A stretch of 54,067 nt of DNA from Chiloscyllium plagiosum (GCF_004010195.1 NC_057720.1:921091-975157), one strand, 5' to 3'. Positions 12,317 to 24,680 are shown, counted from the stretch's first letter. Numbers and translations: made by a program. The notes: generated by a model from the sequence alone, not told the origin.

Positions 12317-12540
12317 ACGGGTTGTGTATCTGAGCACTGGGTGGGGATGCATATCCGATAACTGGGTGGGATTGTGTATCTGAGCACTGGGTGGGAATGC
12401 GTATGTGAGCACTGAGTTGGACTGTGTATCGGAGCACAGGGTAGGAATGTATAACAACATTGGGTGCGATTGTGTCTCTGAGCACTGGGTGGGATTGTGT
12501 ATCAGAACACAGGGTGGGATTGTGTCTCTGAGCACTGAGA
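12317..12540. repeat. degenerate ~25-bp minisatellite (~9 units)
   Basis: Repeats of GGGTGGGATTGTGTATCTGAGCACT. Confidence 0.8.
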
Positions 12541-13519
12541 TGCATCTGTTTTAGTTCCAGATCCAATTCCATGGTTGTCTCAGTGGGAATTGAATCAGTT
12601 TGTTCTCTCTGCCATTATATTTTCACCACGGTCAGCACAGCTGGTGAACAACTTAGGGAATGCGGCAGGTTTTACTCAGAGAACTGTTGGTGTTATAAAA
12701 TTTGAATGATGTTTTTATTGATCTTGCTTAATTAACTGTAATTACAAAATGGATTGAAAAATTACAAAATTGAGTCCAGTTCTAATCTTCAGTGACATTT
12801 CAAACTGCCTGGGTTGATTTGTTATGTGGATTGATCTAATTATTGATGTGTTCAGTACATCAGGAATTAAACTGTCTTCTTGGTTATCTAGGTAGCAGGC
12901 AGCAGAGGTAAGGAAGATAGCCAACACAACATTGTCCAGTTACAGATAGATACAAACAAGCTGGATATTGCACTACTGGAGGTATGTCTGATAATATGAG
13001 CAATTTCTCTGTATGTGCTGGTTAGTACAAGGGTCAGGATTTTGAGACTTGGTTCAGGACCCGACTGTCATGTCAAACAGTGGTCGCAACTCCAAAATTG
13101 GCTTTACTGATCCCCACTGAGTGTGTTTGAGACATTGTGAGGGGGCAGTCATGTATCATAGGACAAGGAGCTAGTCCACTGGCCTCCTGCAATTCCCTCA
13201 GCTGAACTCAAATTACGGTGAGTGAGCAAGGCATCCTCCACCCTGTCCTTTCTTAGGCTTATCAAGGCCTTTAGCTGGCTGATGCAGGGTTACAGGAGGA
13301 GCTTATTCTGCCTCCAGCATTGTACTGGGCTGGGCAGTGGCTGTTGGATGCTTTTCCTGAACCCTGGGGAAAAGGTGTGCAGGAAAGGCTTTTTCTCCTT
13401 TGAAGATGCCCCTCAAAACATGACTTAATATCTGCCAATCTCCAAAAAATTCCACCCCTACACCCACCCGACAGGATCCTAATACTTTCCAGCCCAAAAA
13501 ATGCATACAGAATTGAATG

Positions 13520-13808
13520 AATTTATCAAAAATTCATTGGATGTGGATGTTGCAGACTAGGCCAGCATTTATGGCCATCCCTAAGGGCAGTCACAATCCA
13601 GCCCCATTGCTGTGGGTCTGGAGTCACATATGTCGGCCAGACCAGGTAAAAATGGCAGTTTCATCCCCTAAAGGACATAATGAACCAGATGGAGTTTTTC
13701 CCGAAATCAACAACAGTTTCATGGTCATTATAAGACAATTCATTCCAGATTTTTATTGAATTTTAATTTCCCCATCTGCCCGAGTGGGATTCGAACCAGA
13801 TCCCTGTG
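13520..13808 (-). mobile_element. second SINE family copy
   Basis: Reverse-complement homology to 4245-4615, with B box (GGATTCGAACC on +). Confidence 0.65.
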
Positions 13809-13809
13809 A

Positions 13810-14560
13810 CAGCGTGGGCCAGGGGGCTGCTAGGAAGGTACAATTCCCTCTTAAATACTTACCTCGAGCAAAGCCTCAACAGGAGCAGATGCGGACATGG
13901 GGATTGCTGGGTAATTGAACTAATATATTCAGACAATGGCTAAACCCGAAACATTACACGTGTAATGTCTCGCACCTGTCCACCTCCTCTAACCAATAAA
14001 AAAGACTATATGGGGAGGGGTGGTAAGGTAAGGCTTTTCTTTTTCATTTATTCAATCTCTCTTTGGCAGTTTAGAGTGGAGGGGACAGAGGCTAGGGCAG
14101 TTGCATGCTCCTCTTGCAGGAGGTGAGAAGTCAGAGTCACCACTAGTGTCCCTGCTGACTTCCCCTGCGAGAAGTGTGCCCAACCCCAGCTCCTCACAGA
14201 CCACGTGAGGGAACTGGAGATGGAGCTGGATGAACTTCGGATCATTCAGGAGGCTGAGGCAGTGATAGAGAGGAGTTATAGGGAGGTAGTCACACCTAAG
14301 TTACAGGATAAAGGTAACTGGGTGACCATCAGGAGAGGGAAAGGGAACAGGCAGACAGTGCAGGGATCCCCTGTGGCTGTTCCCCTCAATAACAAGTACA
14401 CCGTTTTGGATACTGTTGGGGGGAGGACTTACCAGGGGAAAACAACAGCAGCCAGGTCTTTCACACTGAGCCTGGCTCTGCGGCTCAGAAGGGAAGGGGG
14501 AGAATAGGAGAGGGATAATGATAGGAGAGTCAATGGTGAGAGGAACGGAGAGGAGATTCC
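13810..14560 (+). mobile_element. CR1 5' leader and disrupted ORF1
   Basis: CSSCRR*...CEKC zinc finger, RELEMELDELRII zipper, IIGESMVRG esterase start. Confidence 0.8.
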
Positions 14561-14815
14561 CCAATGTCCCACCCACCCCTGCCAGTGATCCATCACTTGC
14601 CCCAAGTGTATCAGAGCCTGTGGGAGCTGCATTGGTCTGTGCTACTCACTCACTCTGAGAATGACAGAGAGTCATCCTCATCTGCGAGGGCCGCCAAAAA
14701 TGGTGACAAGTCAAAGACTCTTGTTTCATCATCTTTACAGAATGAGAGTTCCAAAGATGCTCAGAGAAAGTGTTTTGCCTCTCCTTAACTTTAAATGGGG
14801 AAGCCCTGATATTTG

Positions 14816-14985
14816 AGACAAAAAGCCTGCAGATCTGGAAACTAAAGGAGACAGGCAGGAGGCTGGGGGAACACAGCAAGGCAGGCAGCATCAGGAGGGA
14901 CAGGCAGGAGGCTGGGGGAACACAGCAAGGCAGGCAGCATCAGGAGATGAAGTCCAACTTTTCGGTATAACCTTTCTTCTGGAAA
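14816..14985 (-). mobile_element. Penelope pLTR remnant with ~50-bp tandem duplication
   Basis: CTGCAGATCTGG end motif; GACAGGCAGGAGGCTGGGGGAACACAGCAAGGCAGGCAGCATCAGGAG occurs twice; decayed hammerhead-like core. Confidence 0.5.
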
Positions 14986-15166
14986 GCCCTTATAGGTGAG
15001 CAGGAACTTCTCATTCTAGATTCTCCCACAAGAGGAAACATCTCTCTGCATCTACTCTGTCAAGACAATGCTGGATCTTATATTTTTCAAATCAAGTCAT
15101 TTCTTATTCTTCTCAACTCCAGTGGATACAAAACTTTCCTCAGAAAACAACCTATCATTCTAGGTA

Positions 15167-15358
15167 CAGGGTGACCACTGTATCCATGGTTTCAGTTACA
15201 AACAGTTTACCATGGCCCAAACATATTACTGGGAACATTCCAGAACCAGGGTCCAGGGGGCTGCTGGGAAGGTACATTCCCCATTTGAATGAATGGATTC
15301 ACGGTTTCAGGCTTTGAGGTCTGGGAGCATATCCCTCACAGATACGGGAGGACTACTG
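15167..15358. mobile_element. Tc1/mariner (Tigger-like) MITE
   Basis: TA|CAGGGTGACCACTGTATCC...GATACGGGAGGACTACTG|TA: imperfect TIRs with TA TSD. Confidence 0.55.
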
Positions 15359-15374
15359 TATTCATATAAAACAT

Positions 15375-15580
15375 AGAACTGCAGATGCAAAAGATCTGAA
15401 AGAAAAACAGAGGTTGCTGGAGAAACCCAGCAGGTCCCACCCTCTTCAGTATACAGTGTATACCAACCTTTCCAAAGCTACTGTCAGCTCTGAAGAATGG
15501 TCACTTGACTTGAAAATGAACTCTATTTCTCTCCTCACAGATGCAGCCAGATCTGCTGAGTTACTCCAACAATTTTTAAC
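15375..15580. mobile_element. old Penelope pLTR fold-back remnant
   Basis: ACTGCAGATGC / GTTGCTGGAG arm with its inverse at 15537-15572; decayed core CTGAAGA...GAAAA at ~15490-15515. Confidence 0.5.
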
Positions 15581-15914
15581 ATCCTTTATGATTTAAGGAG
15601 AAATTAAATATGGGTCATGCAGTTAATTTCTCTGTGCAGAGAAGATTTTTCCATTTTCATTTTACTGAATTCAAACAATTAATTGAAGTGAAAATCTTCT
15701 TTAGTTCAAACTTGCAGCACCATTGCACTGTCCAATCAGTGATAAAATCCATTGCAGAGGTACCTGGAAATGATATTTGAGGTTGTCCCACTGGTGCAGC
15801 AGAGCAACACTGCTTGTAATGTAATATTGACTCGTGTCTGCCGCGGAGAGCTGTTAGGGCAATGTCAGGGCTAGTCTGCTGGAAAGCTGGGCAAAATTCC
15901 TATCCCAGCATTTC

Positions 15915-16480
15915 AAGGGCTATAGTGTAATGGTAATATCACTGGATTAGTATTCCAAAGGCCAGGATAATACGCTGGGAATGTGGATTCAAATCCCATA
16001 ATGGTAACTTGTAAAATTTAACTTCAATTAATTCATGAACATCTGGAGTTCAGAGCTAGTCTGAGTGGTGGTGATCATGAGAATGTCATTGCCTGGTGTA
16101 ATAAAAACATCACTGGTGAAATTCAGCAGGTCTCGCAGCATCTGTGGAGAGAAAGCAAAGTTAATGTTTAGGGGCCAGTGACCCTTCCTCAGAACTGTAC
16201 TTGGAATGTTAATTCTGCTTTCTGTCCACAGATGCTGCCTGCCTTGCTGAGTTTGCCCAGTGATTTCTGTTGAAAATACCCCTCTGGTTCACGGAGTTTC
16301 TTTAGGGAAGGATGTCTGCTGTCCTTGCCTGGACTGGCCTGCCTGTCACTCCAGACCCACAGCAAAGAATTAACTCTGAGCCGCTATCCACAATGGCCTT
16401 GCAAGCTATTCAAGGGGAATGAGGGGTGAACAATAAATGTTGGCTTGCTCAGTGATACCCATGTCCCGTGGAAGAATAAG
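15915..16480 (+). mobile_element. second SINE family copy interrupted by a pLTR fold-back element (16101-16271)
   Basis: A/B boxes and ACAATAAATGTTGGC tail. The insert has inverted CAGCATCTGTGGA/TCCACAGATGCTG arms and a minus-strand AGTT-CTGAGGA-AGGGTCACTGGCCC-CTAAACATT-AACT mutated hammerhead. Confidence 0.65.
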
Positions 16481-16540
16481 AAATAGCAGGCAACTTTATA
16501 TTGAACAACCTTTTATTCTGGTTGTGTTTTATGTATGTAG

Positions 16541-16688
16541 GATCGGTGTGAAGCCAAAGAAATAACCTCTGGCATTTACCCATGTATTGCACGGTGGAAC
16601 AGATGGAACTCTCCAAACTTTCAGCCAAATAAAAGCAGCATTTTCAGACATCGAATCTTGAGAAAGCCAGATCGTGCCCCTCAACCAG
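16541..16688 (+). CDS. LRRIQ3: probable LRRIQ3 exon, phase 0/1
   Basis: T-rich tract plus TAG acceptor, CAG|GTAAGG donor, open frame DRCEAKEITSGIYPCIARWNRWNSPNFQPNKSSIFRHRILRKPDRAPQP. Phase 1 matches the next exon. Confidence 0.72.
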
Positions 16689-18332
16689 GTAAGGTTGATC
16701 AATTTTGTGAATGCAAACTACCCAAAATATTTAAAGATGCAATGGGCAATACGACTATTCCCAGTGGCCTTGTGTGAATGTCATGGACCGTGAGCTCAGA
16801 GTGGACATGCACAACTTACCCTATGCATTTAGCCAGGAAATGTCAAGACAGTTTACAGCTTGGTCGAACAGCTAGCTAACACCAGATCTGAAATGCCTGG
16901 CCACACCTCCACTGCCTCATGCCAATCATAGCACTCAATTACCCAGAAAACCATAAGATGTAGGAGTAGGCCATTCAGCCCATCGAGACTACTCCACCAT
17001 TCAATGGGATCATGGCTGATCTGATAACCCTCACCTCCACTTTCCTGCCTTTTCCCCAAAAACCCTTGATTCCCTTTCTGATTAAACATCGGTCTGCCTC
17101 AGCCTTGAGTGAACGGAATGATCCAGCCCTGACAGCCCCCTGTGGTGAAGACGTCCACAGTTTCACTACTTCCCGAGAGAAGAAATTCCTTCTTGTCTCT
17201 AATAAAAACCAGAAGAACTGTGGATGTGGACTTTTTGTCTTATCCTCCTCACTTGTCTTCCTGTGTATTTTTGTGTCATTTGCCAACTTGGCTATTGTAT
17301 TCCCTTTCCCTGCATCCAAGTCATTACTAGGTACTGTAAATAATTGTGACCCCAGCACTGATTTGACCATTTATCCCAACTCTGTTTCCTAGTGGATAGC
17401 TAGTCTACACCAATATACAACCTCAACACCTTGGGTTCTTTATTATGAGGTAGCTTTAGGTGCAGTGCCTTATTGGATGCCTTTTTGAAATCCAAATGTA
17501 TCATAGCTTCTTGATCTCCTGCATCTATTCTCACAGAATTGTAATACATTTATCAGGCATGATTTCCCCTTTATGAAGCATGTTGACTCAGCTTGATTGT
17601 ATTATGTACATCTGAAGTGCACTGTTATTCCATCCTTTATCATGGATAGACGCTAACATTTCACCAAGAATAGAGGTAAAGCAAACTAGCCTGTCTTTAC
17701 ATCACTCTTTTTATGAATAAAATGTTAAATGGCAGTTTTTCATCATCCAATTATTTTCCAGAATCTAAGAATTCTTGGAAGTTTGTTACCAATGCATCCA
17801 CAATCTCTGTGGCTACGTCCTTTAATACCCTAGGATGCATCCCAGCAGATGCAGGAGACTTACCAGCCTTTAACCCCATTGATTGTTCAAGTAGCTTTCC
17901 TAGAGCATAGAGCATTATAGCGCAGTACAGACCCTTCAGCTCTCAATGTTGCGCTGACAGGTTATAACAATCTGAAGCCCATCTAACCCACACTATTCCA
18001 TTTTCATCCGTATGCCTATCCAATGACCATTTAATTACCCTTAAAGTTGGCGATTCTACTACTGTCACAGGCAGAGCATTCCATGCCCCTACTCTTCTCT
18101 GAGTAAAGAAACTACCTCTGACATCTGTCCTATATCTATCACCCCTCAATTTAAATTAATGGCCCCTCGTGCGAGCCATCACCATCCAAGGAAATAGGCT
18201 CTCACTGTCCACCCTATCTAACCCTCTGATTATCTTATATGTCTCAATTAATCACCTCTCAACCTACTTCTCTCTCATGAAAACAGCCCCAAGTCCCTCA
18301 GCCTTTCCTCGTAAGACCTTCCCTCCATACCA

Positions 18333-18937
18333 TTCCGTGACTACCTGGTCAGGTCCACGCCCCCCTACAACCCACCCTCCCATCCTGGCACCTTCCCCTC
18401 CCCCGCAGGNNNNNNNNNNNNNNNNNNNNNNNNNNNNNNNNNNNNNNNNNNNNNNNNNNNNNNNNNNNNNNNNNNNNNNNNNNNCACCTCCGCTCCCTCA
18501 CCACCAGACGCCTGGAGGAAGAATGCCTCATCTTCCGCCTCGGAACACTTCAACCCCAGGGCATCAATGTGGACTTCAACAGTTTCCTCATTTCCCCTTC
18601 CCCCACCTCACCCTAGTTCCAAACTTCCAGCTCAGCACTGTCCCCATGACTTGTCCTACCTGCCTATCTTCTTTCCCACCTATCCACTGCACCCTCCTCC
18701 CTGACCTATCACCTTCATCCCCACCCTCATTCACCTATTGTACTCTATGCTACTTTCTCCCCACCCCCACCCTCCTCTCACTTATCTCTCCACCCTTCAG
18801 GTTCTCTGCCTTTATTCCTGATGAAGGGCTTTTGCCCGAAACGTCGATTTTACTACTCCTCGGGTGCTGCCTGAACTGCTGTGCTCTTCCAGCACCACTA
18901 ATCCAGAATCTGGTTTCCAGCATCTGCAGTCATTGTT
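18333..18937 (+). mobile_element. 5'-truncated Penelope-like element nested in CR1
   Basis: GIY-YIG C-terminal peptide RRLEEECLIFRLGTLQPQGINVDF; pLTR with hammerhead core; 17-bp TSD ACCTTCCCTCCATACCA at 18316-18332 and 18938-18954; N-gap inside. Confidence 0.85.
18814..18849 (+). ncRNA. minimal hammerhead ribozyme motif
   Basis: ATTC-CTGATGA-A-GGGC TTTT GCCC-GAAA-CGTC-GATT; stem I has one mismatch. Confidence 0.72.
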
Positions 18938-19604
18938 ACCTTCCCTCCATACCAGACGACATCCTAGTAAATCTCCTCTGAACCTTTCCAAAGCTTCCAC
19001 ATCCTTCCTATAATGCAGTGACCAGAACTGTACACAATACTCCAAGTGCGGCCACACCAGAGTTTTGTACAGCTGCAGCATGACCTCATGGTTTTGAAAC
19101 TCAATCCCTCTCCCAATAAAAGCTGACACACCGTATACCTTCGTAACAACCCTATCAATCTGGGTGGCAACTTTCAGGGATCTATGCTGCAACTATACAA
19201 AAAGCTGGTGCGGCCGCACTTGAGTATTGTGTACAGTTCTGGTCACCCCATTACAGGAAGGATGTGGAAGCTTTGGAAAGGGTGCAGAAGAGATTTACCA
19301 GGATGTTGCCTGGTCTGAAGGGAAGGTCTTATGAGGAACTCTAAGGAGCTTGTGTTCCCTTTGGCCTCGGTTATGAAGAAGCTGTAATGTCCTGCTAGTT
19401 TACTATCAAATTTACCTTGCCCATTGTTTTGGTTATCTTTTGTTAGCTTTTAAACCTTTGCCAATTCTCTGGTTTACTGATCTTGACCACACTGTACGTT
19501 TTGTTTTTCTTTCAATTTAATGCTATCATAAACTTCCTTGGATAACAAAGGGATTATACATAGGTTAAGTGTCTAGCAGATGGAGTACAATGTTGGTAAA
19601 TGTC

Positions 19605-21243
19605 AGAGTTAAAAATCACACAACACCAGGTTACAGTCCAACAGGTTTAATTGGAAGCACTAGCTTTCGGAGCGACGCTCCTTCATCAGGGGGTTGTGGA
19701 GGACTCAATTGTAAGACACAGAATTTATAGCAAAAGTTTACAGTGTGATGTAACTGAAATTATACATTGAAAACTACCTTGATTGATTGTTGAGTCTTTC
19801 ATCTGTTCGAATACCGTGATAGTTTCACTTCTTTCATGTGTAAATCACAAAACCTTTTTTTTAAAAGTTACATTCTCAGGTTAACTGTAACAATTGGTGT
19901 TAGCCGGATAATATGTTGAAGGTGTTAGCCCCGTGTGTTCTCTGTCTGTGCCATAATGTTTAGATTGATTCTAATCTAAAAAGTGACATAACAGACTTTT
20001 ACATTAATTTATGCAATTTTTGAAGAAAGCACTATGTAACTCTGCAAGTACAAATTCACCCCACAAACGTAAACGTAAATGTGTGTATGTAGGTTTGTGT
20101 GTGTGTCTGTCTGGGGTGTAGGGTTGTGAGTGTGTGAGAGAGTGTATATGTGAGTGTAAAATGTCTAAGTCTGTGAGAGGGTGCATGTGTGAGTGTGGGA
20201 GTGTGTGTGTCTGTCTGGGGTGGGGGTTGTGAGTGTGTGTGGTGCAATGGTGGTCACCTGTACTGTGACATGAACCCAAGGTCCCGGTTGAGGCCCTCCC
20301 TATGGGTACCGAACTTAGCTTGTGTCTGTCTGGGGTGGGGGTTGTGAGTGTGTGTATAGTGCAATGGTGGTCACCTGGACTGTGACATGAACCCAAGGTC
20401 CCGGTTGAGGCCCTCCCTATGGGTACCGAACTTAGCTATCAGCCTCTGCTCGGCCACTTTCCTCTGCTGCCTGTCCCGAAGTCCACCTTGGAGGACGGTC
20501 ACCCGAAGGACCGAGCCTGAATGTCCTGGACCACTGAAGTGTTCCCCAACTGGGAAGGAACCCTCCTGTCTGTTGATTGTTGTGCGATGCCCATTCATCC
20601 GTTGTCGTAGCCTTTGCTCGGTTTCCCCAATGTACCATGCCTCCGCGCATCCTTGCCTGCAACGTATAAGATAGACAAGTCACATGAGTACCTGCCATGT
20701 ACAAGGTGGGAGGTGTTCAATGGTGGTATCTATGTCCACACTCTGACTCGTCTTGCAACACCTACCTTGACAGGGTTGTACGGAGTTGTCCTGAGAGCTG
20801 GGCAGTTTGCTACGAACAATGATCTGTTTGAGGTTTGGCGGTTGTTTAAAGGCGAGCAGTGGAGGTGTGGGGAAGGTGTTGGCGAGGTGCTTATCCTTAT
20901 TGATAATGCAGGTCACGAAGAATATGGCGTAGTTTTTCAGCTCCTGGGAAATACTGAACAACGAAGGGTACCCTGTCAGTTGCAGCACATGTCTGTCTTC
21001 TGGGGAGGTCATTACGGTTCCTTGTTGTGGCATGTCAGAACTGGCAGTTGATGAGTTGAGCATCGTACCCCGTTCTTGTGAGGGCATCCTTGATTACTTC
21101 CAGGTGTCCGTCACGTTCCTCCTCATCTGAGCAGATCCGGTGTATGTGTAGGGCTTGTCCATAGGGGATGGCTGTTTTAATATGTTTTACGTGGAAGCTG
21201 GAGAAGTGTAGCATTGTGAGGTTGTCTGTGCATCTCCAAATCA
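19605..21243 (-). mobile_element. 5'-truncated Penelope-like element (second family)
   Basis: SSFHVKHIKTAIPYGQALHIHRICS, FPTPPLLAFKQPPNLKQIIVRS and MNGHR...VGEHF...LIAKFGTHREGLN (RT thumb/GIY-YIG); 11-bp TSD TGGTAAATGTC at 19594-19604 and 21244-21254. Confidence 0.88.
19658..19692 (-). ncRNA. minimal hammerhead ribozyme motif (AGCT stem III variant)
   Basis: Minus strand reads CCC-CTGATGA-A-GGAGC GTC GCTCC-GAAA-GCTA-GTG; stem I imperfect. Confidence 0.68.
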
Positions 21244-21550
21244 TGGTAAATGTCCAGTCATGCATTTTGGCAGGAATAACAGAATTATTTAAATGGTGAA
21301 AAATTGCAGCATGCTGCTATGCAGAGGGACATGGTCGTCCTTCATTGCAAGGGGGGCAGGGTGGGGGTGAAGTTTAAAAATAAGAAGGTTATGCTGCAAC
21401 TGTACAGGGTGCTGGTGAGGCCACCCCTGGAGTACTGTATACAGTTTTGGTCCTGTTACCTGAGAATCACTGTACCAGCACTGGAGGGGATGCAGAGGAG
21501 GTTCACTGGGTTGATTCCGGAATTGAGAGGTTTGCCTTATGAGGAGAGCT

Positions 21551-21895
21551 GGGCAGCGTGGTGGATCAGTATTTAACACTGCTGCCTCACAGCACCAGGG
21601 ACCCGGATTCGATTCAACCTTGGGGCAACTGTCTGTGTGAAATGTGCACATTCTTCCTGCGGGTATCCTCTGGGCGCTCCGGTTTCCCCCACAGTCCAAA
21701 GATGTGCAGGTTAAGGTGAATTGGCCAGGCTGAATTGCCTCATAGTTTCCAGGGATGTGCAGGCTAGATGGGTTAGCCTTGGGAAATGCAGGGTTGGGTG
21801 GGTGGGGGGGCCTTTGCTGAGTGGAATGCTCTTCAGAGGGTCAGTGTGGACTCGATGGGTGGAATTGCCTGCTTCCACACTGTGGGGATTATATT
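21551..21895 (+). mobile_element. older HE1-type SINE
   Basis: Diverged homology to the HE1 copies. Confidence 0.8.
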
Positions 21896-22709
21896 TGATG
21901 AGATTGAGTAGATTGAGACAATAATCATTGGAAATGTGAAGAAAACAATGGGGAGGTCTTTCAGAAACAGATAAAATTATGAAGGGAATAGATAAGCTAG
22001 AAATAGGGAAGTTGTCTCCACTGGGGCAGGGGGTGAAACTAGGACTAGGGGGCATAGTCTCAAAATAAGATTTCGGATTGAGTTGAGGAGGAATTTCTTC
22101 ACCCAGAGGGTTGTGAATCTGTGGAATTCCCTGCCCAGTGAAGCAGCTGAGGCTATCTCATTGAATGTTTTTAAGGCAAAGATAGATACATTTTTGAACA
22201 GTAAAGGAATTAAGTGGTTATGGTGAGCGGGCGGGTGAGTGGAGCTGAGTCCATGATCTTATTGAATGGTGGAGCAGGCTGGACAGGACCAGATGACCTA
22301 TTCCTGCTCCGAGTTCTTATGTTCTTAGAACAATGGCCAGTTTATCCTCTTCCGAGAATCCTTCTTTCTCGCTAGGATATATTTTGGCTGTGAACCACGA
22401 GCTATTTTCTTAAACATCTGCCATTTGTTATCAGCCGCCTTTTCCATTAAACCCCTTCCCAGTCCACTCCAGTCAATGCTGGTCACATTCCTTTGTAATT
22501 ACCTTTATTTAGGTTCACACACGTGCTTCAGATCTCCCTTTCAAACTGAATGCCAAATCCTACCACTCTATAAGGTTGACTCCTTATTTTAATCAGAGAG
22601 CCCTAGTTTTAGATTTTGTGTGTGTGTGTTCATGATGTTTTAGTTATTTCCACTACTTTTATGATTTACCGACATCCATCAGTCTCCTGTTCCTAACTTT
22701 TGTTTTAAT

Positions 22710-23230
22710 TATTCATTTATGTGGGTGTCCAGCAATAATTGTCTATCCCTAATTGCCTAGACGTGAGTTAAGAGTCAGCCACATTGCAGAGAGTCAGGAG
22801 TCATGTGTAGGTCAGACCAGGTAAAGACTGCAGTTTCCTTCACAAAAGGACATTAGTGACACTGATGGATTTTTCCCAACAATCAACAAGTGCTTCAGGG
22901 TCATCATTTGACTTACTTCCAGATTTTTATTCAAATTCCACCATCTGACATGGCAGTGAAATAATTCCACAGAGGCTGGTAACTGTCGCCAAGCCTCCTT
23001 TTATTTTCACAACAACAACTTTAGCACTGCTTCATTCAGAGTCAGGAACCAAAGTGAGTATCTCTAACTCTCACCCATTTAGTATGTTAGCCAGCACTCC
23101 CTGATTGGAGCAGATTAACAGCCTCAATCAGGGAACTCATATTCTATGAGGTCTACCTGACTGACCTTATTATAATCACTGCTGTTAGGATTTAAACCCA
23201 AGCACTACCTATATCTCTGGATTAATGTCT
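22710..23230 (-). mobile_element. second SINE family copy split by a ~225-bp insertion (22954-23181)
   Basis: SINE homology on both sides; the insert has inverted termini GCAGTGA...TCACTGC. Confidence 0.55.
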
Positions 23231-23284
23231 AGCAATTATGTCACAAGATCATAATCTCCTATGTGCTCTCTCTTTTGCAAATAG

Positions 23285-24050
23285 GGCTATTTGAACTGGA
23301 ATCTTTGACAAATGAGGAGAAAAAATGGGAGATTGGGAAAGATGGCAAAGAAAAGGCTTACGCAGATGCCAGTGGGAGTGTGAAGCCTTTTCGAGTGATC
23401 CACCAGCCAGATGCTGTGCGTGAAATGCTGCTCTCTCGTTTGGCATCTGGTGCAGATGTCCGTCAGGGCATTCAGCAGATCCACGAGATGCTACGGAACA
23501 AACCACAGCGCAAATTTACCTACCGGCCACCCATAGGCCTGGACATGAGGCTATATGCCAAAACCCATGGCAGTATCTCGCTGACTCCATTTGTAGCCAT
23601 TCAGAAAGCTTATAGCAAGAGGGAGAAAGAGGTGAAGCAGCAACTGCTCATCGATGAGATCCGCAAGCTGAAAGCAGCTGAAGACCAATCAAGGAGTAGC
23701 CTTCTCCAGAAGACCCTCAAGAAAAGTTACAAGCCCCTCCAACAATATGAGCAGGACCAGCTGCGAGGGGAACAGATCTTGCTGCGGCGTAAACTAGATG
23801 AAGCAGAGTGGCTGGCGTTCATTCGCCACAAAAACTACCTATTCCTCAGGGAGAAGCACCGCCGAGAATCAGAGCACCAGTTAGTCACAACATTTAACTG
23901 CAGCTACACCATGTTGTCAGAGGCCGCTCTGAAACGTCAGATCAAGGAGAAGAAAGACTATGCCCAACAACAGAAAGTTGACTTGACACAAGGCATCAAG
24001 AAGAAAGCAAACCAACTGAAGAAAGACATCAGAGACTTCATGATGTACCA
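23285..24050 (+). CDS. LRRIQ3: LRRIQ3 large coiled-coil exon, phase 1/2
   Basis: 766-nt open frame rich in K/E/Q/R; acceptor ...TTTTGCAAATAG, donor GTGAGA at 24051. Confidence 0.85.
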
Positions 24051-24109
24051 GTGAGATCACAGCAATCATCTCCTAATGCCCATGAATCTATCTCAAAGAG
24101 GTTGTTGAG

Positions 24110-24680
24110 ACAAAGAACAAAGAACATTCCAGCACAGGAACAGGCCCTTCGGCCTTTTAAGCCTGCACCGATCCAGATCCTCGATCTAAACCTGTCACCT
24201 ATTTTCTAAGGATCTGTATCCTTCTGCTCCCTGCCCATTCATGGATCTGTCTAAATACATCTTAAACTATGTTATCATGCCCACCTCTAACACCTCTGCT
24301 AGCAATGTATTCCAGACACCCACCACCCTCTGTGTGAAGAACCTACCACGTATCTCTCTCTTAAACATTTCACCTCTCACCCTTGAACTCATGACCCCTA
24401 GTAACTGAGTCCCCCACTCTGGGGAAAAAGCTTCTTGCTATCCACCCTGTCTATCCCTCTCATGATTTTGTAGACCTCAGTCAGGTCCCCCCTCAACCTC
24501 CATCTTTCTCATGAAAATAATCCTAATCTACTCAACCTCTCCTCATAGTGCCCACCATACCAGGCAACATCCTGGTGAACCTCCTCTGCACCCTCTCCAA
24601 AGCATCCACATCCTTTTGGTAATGTGGCAACCAGAACTATACGCAGTATTCCAAATGTAGCCGAACCAAAGTCCTATACA
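24110..24680 (-). mobile_element. CR1 3' end
   Basis: AAAGAACAAAGAACA tail on the + strand and homology to other CR1 3' regions. Confidence 0.8.

Larger units (their letters stand above)
16950..19190 (-). mobile_element. two or more minus-strand CR1 fragments
   Basis: LANDTKI, QIDRVV..., LEYCVQFWS, LERxxR peptides and 3' tails on the minus strand. Confidence 0.8.
19560..22330 (+). mobile_element. CR1 3' portion interrupted by Penelope and HE1
   Basis: CR1 reading ...QMEYNVGKC is split at 19604/21255 and continues VMLQLYRVLVRPPLEYCIQFWS; tail GTTCTTATGTTCTTA at ~22312-22327. Confidence 0.8.

Noticed and set aside
14564..14788. Extra LRRIQ3 exon
   Set aside because: No convincing acceptor or donor, it abuts a CR1 fragment, and the phase chain is complete without it.
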